Shown here one piece after another: positions 27,001 to 41,200 of a stretch of 64,000 nt of DNA. The translations under genes and the position numbers were made by a program. Source of the stretch: Azolla caroliniana. Taxonomy: Eukaryota > Plantae > Polypodiophyta. Under the pieces are notes generated by a model that saw only the letters and a list, made by a program, of their open reading frames with translations, had not been told where the DNA came from and did not search any database. The DNA lies in NCBI GenBank assembly GCA_043228905.1, contig JBHGNT010000006.1:186001-250000 (forward strand), read 5' to 3'. Position 1 is the stretch's first letter. Every line of letters starts with the position of its first letter.

Positions 27001-30000
27001 TCGTAATTACGTCATGTCTCTCGAGCTGAGTTTCAAAATCCTGATTTTTTAATTCCATATCATAGCTAGCGTTGTTAGCTTCGATTCGCATGTTTGAACA
27101 CAAAAATCCGATATCACATGAGCCAGGTATGAACATTTTTATTTACCTACTAGCTCTTCTCAACTCAATCCTCAAATTTGGTAATTTCGTCATGTCTCTC
27201 GACTTGAGTTTCAAAATCTTGATTTTTTAATTCCATATCATAACTAGCGTTGTTAGCTTCGATTCGCATGTTTGTACACAAAAATCCGATATCACATGAG
27301 CTAGGTATGAACATTTTTATTTACCTACTAGCTCTTCTCAACTCACTCCTCAAATTTGGTAATTTCTTCATGTCTCTCGACCTGAGTTTCAGAATCTTGA
27401 TTTTTTAATTCCATATCATACCTAGCGTTGTTAGCTTCGATTCGCATGTTTGTACACAAAAATCCGATATCACACGAGCCAGGTATGAACATTTTAATTT
27501 ACCTACTAGCTCTTCTCAACTCACTCCTCAAATTTGGTAATTTCTTCATGTCTCTCGACCTGAGTTTCAGAATCTTGATTTTTTTATTCCATATCATAGC
27601 TAGCGTTATTAGCTTCGATTCGAATGTTTGTACACAAAAATCCGATATTACACTCGCTAGATATGAACATTTTCATTTACTCAAGGGCTCCTCTCAACCC
27701 CCTCGTCAAGGTTGCTAATTTCGTCATGTCTCTCGACCTGAGTTTCAAAATCTTTATTTTTTAATTCCATATCATAGCTAGCGTTGTTAGCTTCGATTCG
27801 CATGTTTGTACACAAAAATCCGATATCACACGAGCCAGGTATGAACAATTTAATTCACCTACTAGCTCTTCTCAACTCAGTCCTCAAATTTTGTAATTTC
27901 GTCATGTCTCTCGACCTGAGTTTCAAAATCTTGATTTTTTAATTCCATATCATAACTAGCTTTGTTAGCTTCGATTCGCATGTTTGTACACAAAAATCCG
28001 ATATCACACGAGCCAGGTATGAACATTTTTATTTACCTACTAGCTCTTCTCAACTCACTCCTCAAATTTGGTAATTTCTTCATGTCTCTCGACCTGAGTT
28101 TCAAAATCTTGATTTTTTAATTCCACATCATAGCTAGCGTTGTTAGCTTCGATTCGCATGTTTGTACACAAAAATCCGATATCACACGAGCCAGGTATGA
28201 ACATTTTTATTTACCTACTAGCTCTTCTCAACTCACTCCTCAAATTTGGTAATTTCTTCATGTCTCTCGACCTGAGTTTCAAAATCTTGATTTTTTAATT
28301 CCACATCATAGCTAGCGTTGTTAGCTTCGATTCGCATGTTTGAACACAAAAATCCGATATCACACGAGCCAGGTATGAACATTTTTATTTACTCAAGGGC
28401 TCCTCTCAACTCACTCCTCAAATTTTGTAATTACGTCATGTCTCTCGACCTGAGTTTCAAAATCTTGATTTTTTAATTCCATATCATAGCTAGCGTTGTT
28501 AGCTTCGATTAGCATATTTGTACTCAAAAATCCGATATTACACGACCCAGGTATGAACATTTTAATTTACCTACTAGCTCTTCTCAACTCACTCCTCAAA
28601 TTTCGTAATTACGTCATGTCTCTCGAGCTGAGTTTCAAAATCCTGATTTTTTAATTCCATATCATAGCTAGCGTTGTTAGCTTCGATTCGCATGTTTGAA
28701 CACAAAAATCCGATATCACATGAGCCAGGTATGAACATTTTTATTTACCTACTAGCTCTTCTCAACTCACTCCTCAAATTTGGTAATTTCTTCATGTCTC
28801 TCGACCTGAGTTTCAGAATCTTGAGTTTTAAATTCCATATCATAGCTAGCGTTGTTAGTTTCGATTCGCATATTTGTACTCAAAAATCCGATATCACACG
28901 AGCCAGGTATGAACATTTTAATTTACCTACTAGCTCTTCTCAACTCAGTCCTCAAATTTGGTAATTTCGTCATGTCTCTCGACCTGAGTTTCAAAATCTT
29001 GATTTTTTAATTCTATATGATAGCTAGCGTTGTTAGCTTCGATTCGCATGTTTGTACTCAAAAATCCGATATCACACGAGCCAGGTATGAACATTTTAAT
29101 TTACCTACTAGCTCTTCTCAACTCAATCCTCAAATTTGGTAATTTCGTCATGTCTCTCGACCTGAGTTTCAAAATCTTGATTTTTTAATTCCATATCATA
29201 GCTAGCGTTGTTAGCTTCGATTCGCATGTTTGAACACAAAAATCCGATATCACACGAGCCAGGTATGAACATTTTAATTTAGCTACTAGCTCTTCTCAAC
29301 TCAATCCTCAAATTTGGTAATTTCGTCATGTCTCTCGACCTGAGTTTCAAAATCTTGATTTTTTAATTCCATATCATAGCTAGCGTTGTTAGCTTCGATT
29401 CGCATGTTTGTACACAAAAATCCGATATCACACGAGCCAGGTATGAACATTTTAATTTACCTACTAGCTCTTCTCAACTCACTCCTCAAATTTGGTAATT
29501 TCGTCATGTCTCTCGACCTGAGTTTCAGAATCTTGATTTTTTTATTCCATATCATAGCTAGCGTTATTAGCTTCGATTCGCATGTTTGTACACAAAAATC
29601 CGATATTACACTCGCCAGATATGAACATTTTCATTTACTCAAGGGCTCCTCTCAACCCCCTCGTCAAGGTTGCTAATTTCGTCATGTCTCTCGACCTGAG
29701 TTTCAAAATCTTTATTTTTTAATTCCATATCATAGCTAGCGTTGTTAGCTTCGATTCGCATGTTTGAACACAAAAATCCGATATCACACGAGCCAGGTAT
29801 GAACATTTTAATTTACCTACTAGCTCTTCTCAACTCAATCCTCAAATTTGGTAATTTCTTCATGTCTCTCGACCTGAGTTTCAAAATCTTGATTTTTTAA
29901 TTCCATATCATAGCTAGCGTTGTTAGCTTCGATTCGCATGTTTGAATACAAAAATCCAATATCACACGAGCCAGGTATGAACATTTTAATTTACCTACTA

Positions 30001-31680
30001 TCTCTTCTCAACTCAATCCTCAAATTTGGTAATTTCGTCATGTCTCTCGACCTGAGTCTCAAAATCTTGATTTTTTAATTCCATATCATAGCTAGCGTTG
30101 TTAGCTTCGATTCGCATGTTTGAATACAAAAATCCGATGTCACACGACCCAGGTATGAACATTTTAATTTACCTACTAGCTCTTCTCAACTCAGTCCTCA
30201 AATTTGGTAATTTCGTCATGTCTCTCGACCTGAGTTTCAAAATCTTGATTTTTTAATTCTATATGATAGCTAGCGTTGTTAGCTTCGATTCGCATGTTTG
30301 TACACAAAAATCCGATGTCACACGAACCAGGTATGATCATTTTTATTTACCTACTAGCTCTTCTCAACTCACTCCTCAAATTTGGTAATTTCTTCATGTC
30401 TCTCGACCTGAGTTTCAAAATCTTGATTTTTTAATTCCATATCATAGCTACCGTTGTTAGCTTCGATTCGCATGTTTGAACACAAAAATCCGATATCACA
30501 CGAGCCAGGTATGAACATTGTTATTTACTCAAGGGCTCCTCTCAACTCACTCCTCAAATTTTGTAATTAAGTCATGTCTCTCGATCTGAGTATCAAAATC
30601 TTGATTTTTCAATTCCATATCATAGCTAGCGTTGTTAGCTTCGATTGGCATGTTTGAATATAGAAATCCAATGTCACACGAGCCAGGTATGAACATTTTA
30701 ATTTACCTACTATCTCTTCTCAACTCAATCCTCAAATTTGGTAATTTCGTCATGTCTCTCGACCTGAGTTTCAAAATCTTGATTTTTTAATTCCATATCA
30801 TAGCTAGCGTTGTTAGCTTCGATTCGCATGTTTGTACACAAAAATCCGATATCACACGAGCCAGGTATGAACATTTTAATTTACCTACTAGCTCTTCTCA
30901 ACTCACTCCTCAAATTTGGTAATTTCTTCATGTCTCTCGACCTGAGTTTCAAAATCTTGATTTTTTTATTCCATATCATAGCTAGCGTTATTAGCTTCGA
31001 TTCGCATGTTTGTACACAAAAATCCGATATTACACTCGCCAGATATGAACATTTTCATTTACTCAAGGGCTCCTCTCAACCCCCTCGTCCAGGTTGCTAA
31101 TTTCGTCATGTCTCTCGACCTGAGTTTCGAAATCTTTATTTTTTAATTCCATATCATAGCTAGCGTTGTTAGCTTCGATTCGCATGTTTGAACACAAAAA
31201 TCCGATGTCACACGAACCAGGTATGATCATTTTTATTTACCTACTAGCTCTTCTCAACTCACTCCTCAAATTTGGTAATTTCTTCATGTCTCTCGACCTG
31301 AGTTTCAAAATCTTGATTTTTTAATTCCATATCATAGCTACCGTTGTTAGCTTCGATTCGCATGTTTGAACACAAAAATCCGATATCACACGAGCCAGGT
31401 ATGAACATTTTAATTTACCTACTAGCTCTTCTCAACTGAATCCTCAAATTTGGTAATTTCTTCATGTCTCTCGACCTGAGTCTCAAAATCTTGATTTTTT
31501 AATTCCATATCATAGCTAGCGTTGTTAGCTTCGATTCGCATGTTTGAATACAAAAATCCGATGTCACACGACCCAGGTATGAACATTTTAATTTACCTAC
31601 TAGCTCTTCTCAACTCAGTCCTCAAATTTGGTAATTTCGTCATGTCTCTCGACCTGAGATTCAAAATCTTGATTTTTTAA

Positions 31681-34600
31681 TTCCATATCATAACTAGCGT
31701 TGTTAGCTTCGATTCGCATGTTTGTACACAAAAATCCGATATCACATGAGCCAGGTATGAACATTTTTATTTACCTACTAGCTCTTCTCAACTCACTCCT
31801 CAAATTTGGTAATTTCTTCATGTCTCTCGACCTGAGTTTCAGAATCTTGATTTTTTAATTCCATATCATAGCTAGCGTTGTTAGCTTCGATTCGCATGTT
31901 TGTACACAAAAATCCGATATCACACGAGCCAGGTATGAACATTTTAATTTACCTACTAGCTCTTCTCAACTCACTCCTCAAATTTGGTAATTTCTTCATG
32001 TCTCTCGACTTGAGTTTCAGAATCTTGATTTTTTTATTCCATATCATAGCTAGCGTTATTAGCTTCGATTCGCATGTTTGTACACAAAAATCCGATATTA
32101 CACTCGCCAGATATGAACATTTTCATTTACTCAAGGGCTCCTCTCAACCCCCTCGTCAAGGTTGCTAATTTCGTCATGTCTCTCGAGCTGAGTTTCAAAA
32201 TCCTGATTTTTTAATTCCATATCATAGCTAGCGTTGTTAGCTTCGATTCGCATGTTTGAACACAAAAATCCGATATCACATGAGCCAGGTATGAACATTT
32301 TTATTTACCTACTAGCTCTTCTCAACTCACTCCTCAAATTTGGTAATTTCTTCATGTCTCTCGACCTGAGTTTCAGAATCTTGATTTTTAAATTCCATAT
32401 CATAGCTAGCGTTGTTAGTTTCGATTCGCATATTTGTACTCAAAAATCCGATATCACACGAGCCAGGTATGAACATTTTAATTTACCTACTAGCTCTTCT
32501 CAACTCAGTCCTCAAATTTCGTAATTACGTCATGTCTCTCGAGCTGAGTTTCAAAATCCTGATTTTTTAATTCCATATCATAGCTAGCGTTGTTAGCTTC
32601 GATTCGCATGTTTGAACACAAAAATCCGATATCACATGAGCCAGGTATGAACATTTTTATTTACCTACTAGCTCTTCTCAACTCAATCCTCAAATTTGGT
32701 AATTTCGTCATGTCTCTCGACCTGAGTTTCAAAATCTTGATTTTTTAATTCCATATCATAACTAGCGTTGTTAGCTTCGATTCGCATGTTTGTACACAAA
32801 AATCCGATATCACATGAGCTAGGTATGAACATTTTTATTTACCTACTAGCTCTTCTCAACTCACTCCTCATATTTGGTAATTTCTTCATGTCTCTCGACC
32901 TGAGTTTCAGAATCTTGATTTTTTAATTCCATATCATACCTAGCGTTGTTAGCTTCGATTCGCATGTTTGTACACAAAAATCCGATATCACACGAGCCAG
33001 GTATGAACATTTTAATTTACCTACTAGCTCTTCTCAACTCACTCCTCAAATTTGGTAATTTCTTCATGTCTCTCGACCTGAGTTTCAGAATCTTGATTTT
33101 TTTATTCCATATCATAGCTAGCGTTATTAGCTTCGATTCGAATGTTTGTACACAAAAATCCGATATTACACTCGCCAGATATGAACATTTTCATTTACTC
33201 AAGGGCTCCTCTCAACCCCCTCGTCAAGGTTGCTAATTTCGTCATGTCTCTCGACCTGAGTTTCAAAATCTTTATTTTTTAATTCCATATCATAGCTAGC
33301 GTTGTTAGCTTCGATTCGCATGTTTGTACACAAAAATCCGATATCACACGAGCCAGGTATGAACAATTTAATTCACCTACTAGCTCTTCTCAACTCAGTC
33401 CTCAAATTTGGTAATTTCGTCATGTCTCTCGACCTGAGTTTCAAAATCTTGATTTTTTAATTCCATATCATAACTAGCGTTGTTAGCTTCGATTCGCATG
33501 TTTGTACACAAAAATCCGATATCACATGAGCCAGGTATGAACATTTTTATTTACCTACTAGCTCTTCTCAACTCACTCCTCAAATTTGGTAATTTCTTCA
33601 TGTCTCTCGACCTGAGTTTCAGAATCTTGATTTTTTAATTCCATATCATAGCTAGCGTTGTTAGCTTCGATTCGCATGTTTGTACACAAAAATCCGATAT
33701 CACACGAGCCAGGTATGAACATTTTAATTTACCTACTAGCTCTTCTCAACTCACTCCTCAAATTTGGTAATTTCTTCATGTCTCTCGACTTGAGTTTCAG
33801 AATCTTGATTTTTTTATTCCATATCATAGCTAGCGTTATTAGCTTCGATTCGCATGTTTGTACACAAAAATCCGATATTACACTCGCCAGATATGAACAT
33901 TTTCATTTACTCAAGGGCTCCTCTCAACCCCCTCGTCAAGGTTGCTAATTTCGTCATGTCTCTCGAGCTGAGTTTCAAAATCCTGATTTTTTAATTCCAT
34001 ATCATAGCTAGCGTTGTTAGCTTCGATTCGCATGTTTGAACACAAAAATCCGATATCACATGAGCCAGGTATGAACATTTTTATTTACCTACTAGCTCTT
34101 CTCAACTCACTCCTCAAATTTGGTAATTTCTTCATGTCTCTCGACCTGAGTTTCAGAATCTTGATTTTTAAATTCCATATCATAGCTAGCGTTGTTAGTT
34201 TCGATTCGCATATTTGTACTCAAAAATCCGATATCACACGAGCCAGGTATGAACATTTTAATTTACCTACTAGCTCTTCTCAACTCAGTCCTCAAATTTC
34301 GTAATTACGTCATGTCTCTCGAGCTGAGTTTCAAAATCCTGATTTTTTAATTCCATATCATAGCTAGCGTTGTTAGCTTCGATTCGCATGTTTGAACACA
34401 AAAATCCGATATCACATGAGCCAGGTATGAACATTTTTATTTACCTACTAGCTCTTCTCAACTCAATCCTCAAATTTGGTAATTTCGTCATGTCTCTCGA
34501 CCTGAGTTTCAAAATCTTGATTTTTTAATTCCATATCATAACTAGCGTTGTTAGCTTCGATTCGCATGTTTGTACACAAAAATCCGATATCACATGAGCT

Positions 34601-35240
34601 AGGTATGAACATTTTTATTTACCTACTAGCTCTTCTCAACTCACTCCTCATATTTGGTAATTTCTTCATGTCTCTCGACCTGAGTTTCAGAATCTTGATT
34701 TTTTAATTCCATATCATACCTAGCGTTGTTAGCTTCGATTCGCATGTTTGTACACAAAAATCCGATATCACACGAGCCAGGTATGAACATTTTAATTTAC
34801 CTACTAGCTCTTCTCAACTCACTCCTCAAATTTGGTAATTTCTTCATGTCTCTCGACCTGAGTTTCAGAATCTTGATTTTTTTATTCCATATCATAGCTA
34901 GCGTTATTAGCTTCGATTCGAATGTTTGTACACAAAAATCCGATATTACACTCGCCAGATATGAACATTTTCATTTACTCAAGGGCTCCTCTCAACCCCC
35001 TCGTCAAGGTTGCTAATTTCGTCATGTCTCTCGACCTGAGTTTCAAAATCTTTATTTTTTAATTCCATATCATAGCTAGCGTTGTTAGCTTCGATTCGCA
35101 TGTTTGTACACAAAAATCCGATATCACACGAGCCAGGTATGAACAATTTAATTCACCTACTAGCTCTTCTCAACTCAGTCCTCAAATTTGGTAATTTCGT
35201 CATGTCTCTCGACCTGAGTTTCAAAATCTTGATTTTTTAA
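31681..35240 (+). repeat. 10-monomer (1780-bp) tandem duplication
   Basis: ORF pairs 31878/33658, 32234/34014 and 32946/34726 are each 1780 apart. The rare CGACTTGAG occurs at ~32006/33786 and CTCATATTTGG at ~32867/34647. Confidence 0.92.
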
Positions 35241-38200
35241 TTCCATATCATAACTAGCGTTGTTAGCTTCGATTCGCATGTTTGTACACAAAAATCCGAT
35301 ATCACACGAGCCAGGTATGAACATTTTTATTTACCTACTAGCTCTTCTCAACTCACTCCTCAAATTTGGTAATTTCTTCATGTCTCTCGACCTGAGTTTC
35401 AAAATCTTGATTTTTTAATTCCACATCATAGCTAGCGTTGTTAGCTTCGATTCGCATGTTTGAACACAAAAATCCGATATCACACGAGCCAGGTATGAAC
35501 ATTTTTATTTACTCAAGGGCTCCTCTCAACTCACTCCTCAAATTTTGTAATTACGTCATGTCTCTCGACCTGAGTTTCAAAATCTTGATTTTTTAATTCC
35601 ATATCATAGCTAGCGTTGTTAGCTTCGATTAGCATATTTGTACTCAAAAATCCGATATTACACGACCCAGGTATGAACATTTTAATTTACCTACTAGCTC
35701 TTCTCAACTCACTCCTCAAATTTCGTAATTACGTCATGTCTCTCGAGCTGAGTTTCAAAATCCTGATTTTTTAATTCCATATCATAGCTAGCGTTGTTAG
35801 CTTCGATTCGCATGTTTGAACACAAAAATCCGATATCACATGAGCCAGGTATGAACATTTTTATTTACCTACTAGCTCTTCTCAACTCACTCCTCAAATT
35901 TGGTAATTTCTTCATGTCTCTCGACCTGAGTTTCAGAATCTTGAATTTTAAATTCCATATCATAGCTAGCGTTGTTAGTTTCGATTCGCATATTTGTACT
36001 CAAAAATCCGATATCACACGAGCCAGGTATGAACATTTTAATTTACCTACTAGCTCTTCTCAACTCAGTCCTCAAATTTGGTAATTTCGTCATGTCTCTC
36101 GACCTGAGTTTCAAAATCTTGATTTTTTAATTCTATATGATAGCTAGCGTTGTTAGCTTCGATTCGCATGTTTGTACTCAAAAATCCGATATCACACGAG
36201 CCAGGTATGAACATTTTAATTTACCTACTAGCTCTTCTCAACTCAGTCCTCAAATTTCGTAATTACGTCATGTCTCTCGAGCTGAGTTTCAAAATCCTGA
36301 TTTTTTAATTCCATATCATAGCTAGCGTTGTTAGCTTCGATTCGCATGTTTGAACACAAAAATCCGATATCACATGAGCCAGGTATGAACATTTTTATTT
36401 ACCTACTAGCTCTTCTCAACTCAATCCTCAAATTTGGTAATTTCGTCATGTCTCTCGACCTGAGTTTCAAAATCTTGATTTTTTAATTCCATATCATAAC
36501 TAGCGTTGTTAGCTTCGATTCGCATGTTTGTACACAAAAATCCGATATCACATGAGCTAGGTATGAACATTTTTATTTACCTACTAGCTCTTCTCAACTC
36601 ACTCCTCATATTTGGTAATTTCTTCATGTCTCTCGACCTGAGTTTCAGAATCTTGATTTTTTAATTCCATATCATACCTAGCGTTGTTAGCTTCGATTCG
36701 CATGTTTGTACACAAAAATCCGATATCACACGAGCCAGGTATGAACATTTTAATTTACCTACTAGCTCTTCTCAACTCACTCCTCAAATTTGGTAATTTC
36801 TTCATGTCTCTCGACCTGAGTTTCAGAATCTTGATTTTTTTATTCCATATCATAGCTAGCGTTATTAGCTTCGATTCGAATGTTTGTACACAAAAATCCG
36901 ATATTACACTCGCCAGATATGAACATTTTCATTTACTCAAGGGCTCCTCTCAACCCCCTCGTCAAGGTTGCTAATTTCGTCATGTCTCTCGACCTGAGTT
37001 TCAAAATCTTTATTTTTTAATTCCATATCATAGCTAGCGTTGTTAGCTTCGATTCGCATGTTTGTACACAAAAATCCGATATCACACGAGCCAGGTATGA
37101 ACAATTTAATTCACCTACTAGCTCTTCTCAACTCAGTCCTCAAATTTGGTAATTTCGTCATGTCTCTCGACCTGAGTTTCAAAATCTTGATTTTTTAATT
37201 CCATATCATAACTAGCGTTGTTAGCTTCGATTCGCATGTTTGTACACAAAAATCCGATATCACACGAGCCAGGTATGAACATTTTTATTTACCTACTAGC
37301 TCTTCTCAACTCACTCCTCAAATTTGGTAATTTCTTCATGTCTCTCGACCTGAGTTTCAAAATCTTGATTTTTTAATTCCACATCATAGCTAGCGTTGTT
37401 AGCTTCGATTCGCATGTTTGAACACAAAAATCCGATATCACACGAGCCAGGTATGAACATTTTTATTTACTCAAGGGCTCCTCTCAACTCACTCCTCAAA
37501 TTTTGTAATTACGTCATGTCTCTCGACCTGAGTTTCAAAATCTTGATTTTTTAATTCCATATCATAGCTAGCGTTGTTAGCTTCGATTAGCATATTTGTA
37601 CTCAAAAATCCGATATTACACGACCCAGGTATGAACATTTTAATTTACCTACTAGCTCTTCTCAACTCACTCCTCAAATTTCGTAATTACGTCATGTCTC
37701 TCGAGCTGAGTTTCAAAATCCTGATTTTTTAATTCCATATCATAGCTAGCGTTGTTAGCTTCGATTCGCATGTTTGAACACAAAAATCCGATATCACATG
37801 AGCCAGGTATGAACATTTTTATTTACCTACTAGCTCTTCTCAACTCACTCCTCAAATTTGGTAATTTCTTCATGTCTCTCGACCTGAGTTTCAGAATCTT
37901 GAATTTTAAATTCCATATCATAGCTAGCGTTGTTAGTTTCGATTCGCATATTTGTACTCAAAAATCCGATATCACACGAGCCAGGTATGAACATTTTAAT
38001 TTACCTACTAGCTCTTCTCAACTCAGTCCTCAAATTTGGTAATTTCGTCATGTCTCTCGACCTGAGTTTCAAAATCTTGATTTTTTAATTCTATATGATA
38101 GCTAGCGTTGTTAGCTTCGATTCGCATGTTTGTACTCAAAAATCCGATATCACACGAGCCAGGTATGAACATTTTAATTTACCTACTAGCTCTTCTCAAC
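34200..38200 (+). repeat. 11-monomer (1958-bp) tandem duplication overlapping the 10-mer
   Basis: ORF pairs 34726/36684 and 35794/37752 are 1958 apart. CCACATC, GAATTTTAAA and TTCGAATG recur at this offset. Ends are approximate. Confidence 0.88.
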
Positions 38201-41200
38201 TCAATCCTCAAATTTGGTAATTTCGTCATGTCTCTCGACCTGAGTTTCAAAATCTTGATTTTTTAATTCCATATCGTAGCTAGCGTTGTTAGCTTCGATT
38301 CGCATGTTTGAACACAAAAATCCGATATCACACGAGCCAGGTATGAACATTTTAATTTAGCTACTAGCTCTTCTCAACTCAATCCTCAAATTTGGTAATT
38401 TCGTCATGTCTCTCGACCTGAGTTTCAAAATCTTGATTTTTTAATTCCATATCATAGCTAGCGTTGTTAGCTTCGATTCGCATGTTTGTACACAAAAATC
38501 CGATATCACACGAGCCAGGTATGAACATTTTAATTTACCTACTAGCTCTTCTCAACTCACTCCTCAAATTTGGTAATTTCGTCATGTCTCTCGACCTGAG
38601 TTTCAGAATCTTGATTTTTTTATTCCATATCATAGCTACCGTTATTAGCTTCGATTCGCATGTTTGTACACAAAAATCCGATATTACACTCGCCAGATAT
38701 GAACATTTTCATTTACTCAAGGGCTCCTCTCAACCCCCTCGTCAAGGTTGCTAATTTCGTCATGTCTCTCGACCTGAGTTTCAAAATCTTTATTTTTTAA
38801 TTCCATATCATAGCTAGCGTTGTTAGCTTCGATTCGCATGTTTGAACACAAAAATCCGATATCACACGAGCCAGGTATGAACATTTTAATTTACCTACTA
38901 GCTCTTCTCAACTCAATCCTCAAATTTGGTAATTTCTTCATGTCTCTCGACCTGAGTTTCAAAATCTTGATTTTTTAATTCCATATCATAGCTAGCGTTG
39001 TTAGCTTCGATTCGCATGTTTGAATACAAAAATCCAATATCACACGAGCCAGGTATGAACATTTTAATTTACCTACTATCTCTTCTCAACTCAATCCTCA
39101 AATTTGGTAATTTCGTCATGTCTCTCGACCTGAGTCTCAAAATCTTGATTTTTTAATTCCATATCATAGCTAGCGTTGTTAGCTTCGATTCGCATGTTTG
39201 AATACAAAAATCCGATGTCACACGACCCAGGTATGAACATTTTAATTTACCTACTAGCTCTTCTCAACTCAGTCCTCAAATTTGGTAATTTCGTCATGTC
39301 TCTCGACCTGAGTTTCAAATTCTTGATTTTTTAATTCTATATGATAGCTAGCGTTGTTAGCTTCGATTCGCATGTTTGTACACAAAAATCCGATGTCACA
39401 CGAACCAGGTATGATCATTTTTATTTACCTACTAGCTCTTCTCAACTCACTCCTCAAATTTGGTAATTTCTTCATGTCTCTCGACCTGAGTTTCAAAATC
39501 TTGATTTTTTAATTCCATATCATAGCTACCGTTGTTAGCTTCGATTCGCATGTTTCAACACAAAAATCCGATATCACACGAGCCAGGTATGAACATTTTT
39601 ATTTACTCAAGGGCTCCTCTCAACTCACTCCTCAAATTTTGTAATTACGTCATGTCTCTAGATCTGAGTTTCAAAATCTTGATTTTTCAATTCCATATCA
39701 TAGCTAGCGTTGTTAGCTTCGATTCGCATGTTTGAATATAGAAATCCAATGTCACACGAGCCAGGTATGAACATTTTAATTTACCTACTATCTCTTCTCA
39801 ACTCACTCCTGAAATTTGGTAATTACGTCATGTCTCTCGACCTGAGTTTCAAAATCTTGATTTTTTAATTCCATATCATAGCTAGCGTTGTTAGCTTCGA
39901 TTCGCATGTTTGTACACAAAAATCCGATATCACACGAGCCAGGTATGAACATTTTAATTTACCTACTAGCTCTTCTCAACTCACTCCTCAAATTTGGTAA
40001 TTTCTTCATGTCTCGCGACCTGAGTTTCAAAATGTTGATTTTCTTATTCCATGTCATAGCTAGCGTTGTTAGCTTCGATTCGCATGTTTGAACACAAAAA
40101 TCCGATATCACACGAGCCAGGTATGAACATTTTAATTTACTTAAGGGCTCCTCTCAACTCACTCCTCAAATTTGGTAATTACGTCATGTCTCTCGACCTG
40201 AGTTTCAAAATCTTGATTTTTAAATTCCATATCATAGCTAGCGTTGTTAGCTTCGATTCGCATGTTTGAACACAAAAATCTGATATCACACGAGCCAGGT
40301 ATGAACATTTTAATTTACCTACTAGCTCTTCTCAACTCACTCCTCAAATTTGGTAATTTCTTCATGTCTCTCGACCTGAGTTTCAAAATCTTGATTTTTT
40401 AATTCCATATCATAGCTAGCGTTGTTAGCTTCGATTCGCATGTTTGAACACAAAAATCCGATATCACACGAGCCAGGTATGAACATTTTTATTTACTCAA
40501 GGGCTCCTCTCAACTCACTCCTCAAATTTTGTAATTACGTCATGTCTCTCGACCTGAGTTTCAAAATCTTGATTTTTTAATTCCATATCATAGCTAGCGT
40601 TGTTAGCTTCGATTAGCATATTTGTACTCAAAAATCCGATATTACACGACCCAGGTATGAACATTTTAATTTACCTACTAGCTCTTCTCAACTCACTCCT
40701 CAAATTTCGTAATTACGTCATGTCTCTCGAGCTGAGTTTCAAAATCCTGATTTTTTAATTCCATATCATAGCTAGCGTTGTTAGCTTCGATTCGCATGTT
40801 TGAACACAAAAATCCGATATCACATGAGCCAGGTATGAACATTTTTATTTACCTACTAGCTCTTCTCAACTCACTCCTCAAATTTGGTAATTTCTTCATG
40901 TCTCTCGACCTGAGTTTCAGAATCTTGAATTTTAAATTCCATATCATAGCTAGCGTTGTTAGTTTCGATTCGCATATTTGTACTCAAAAATCCGATATCA
41001 CACGAGCCAGGTATGAACATTTTAATTTACCTACTAGCTCTTCTCAACTCAGTCCTCAAATTTGGTAATTTCGTCATGTCTCTCGACCTGAGTTTCAAAA
41101 TCTTGATTTTTTAATTCTATATGATAGCTAGCGTTGTTAGCTTCGATTCGCATGTTTGTACTCAAAAATCCGATATCACACGAGCCAGGTATGAACATTT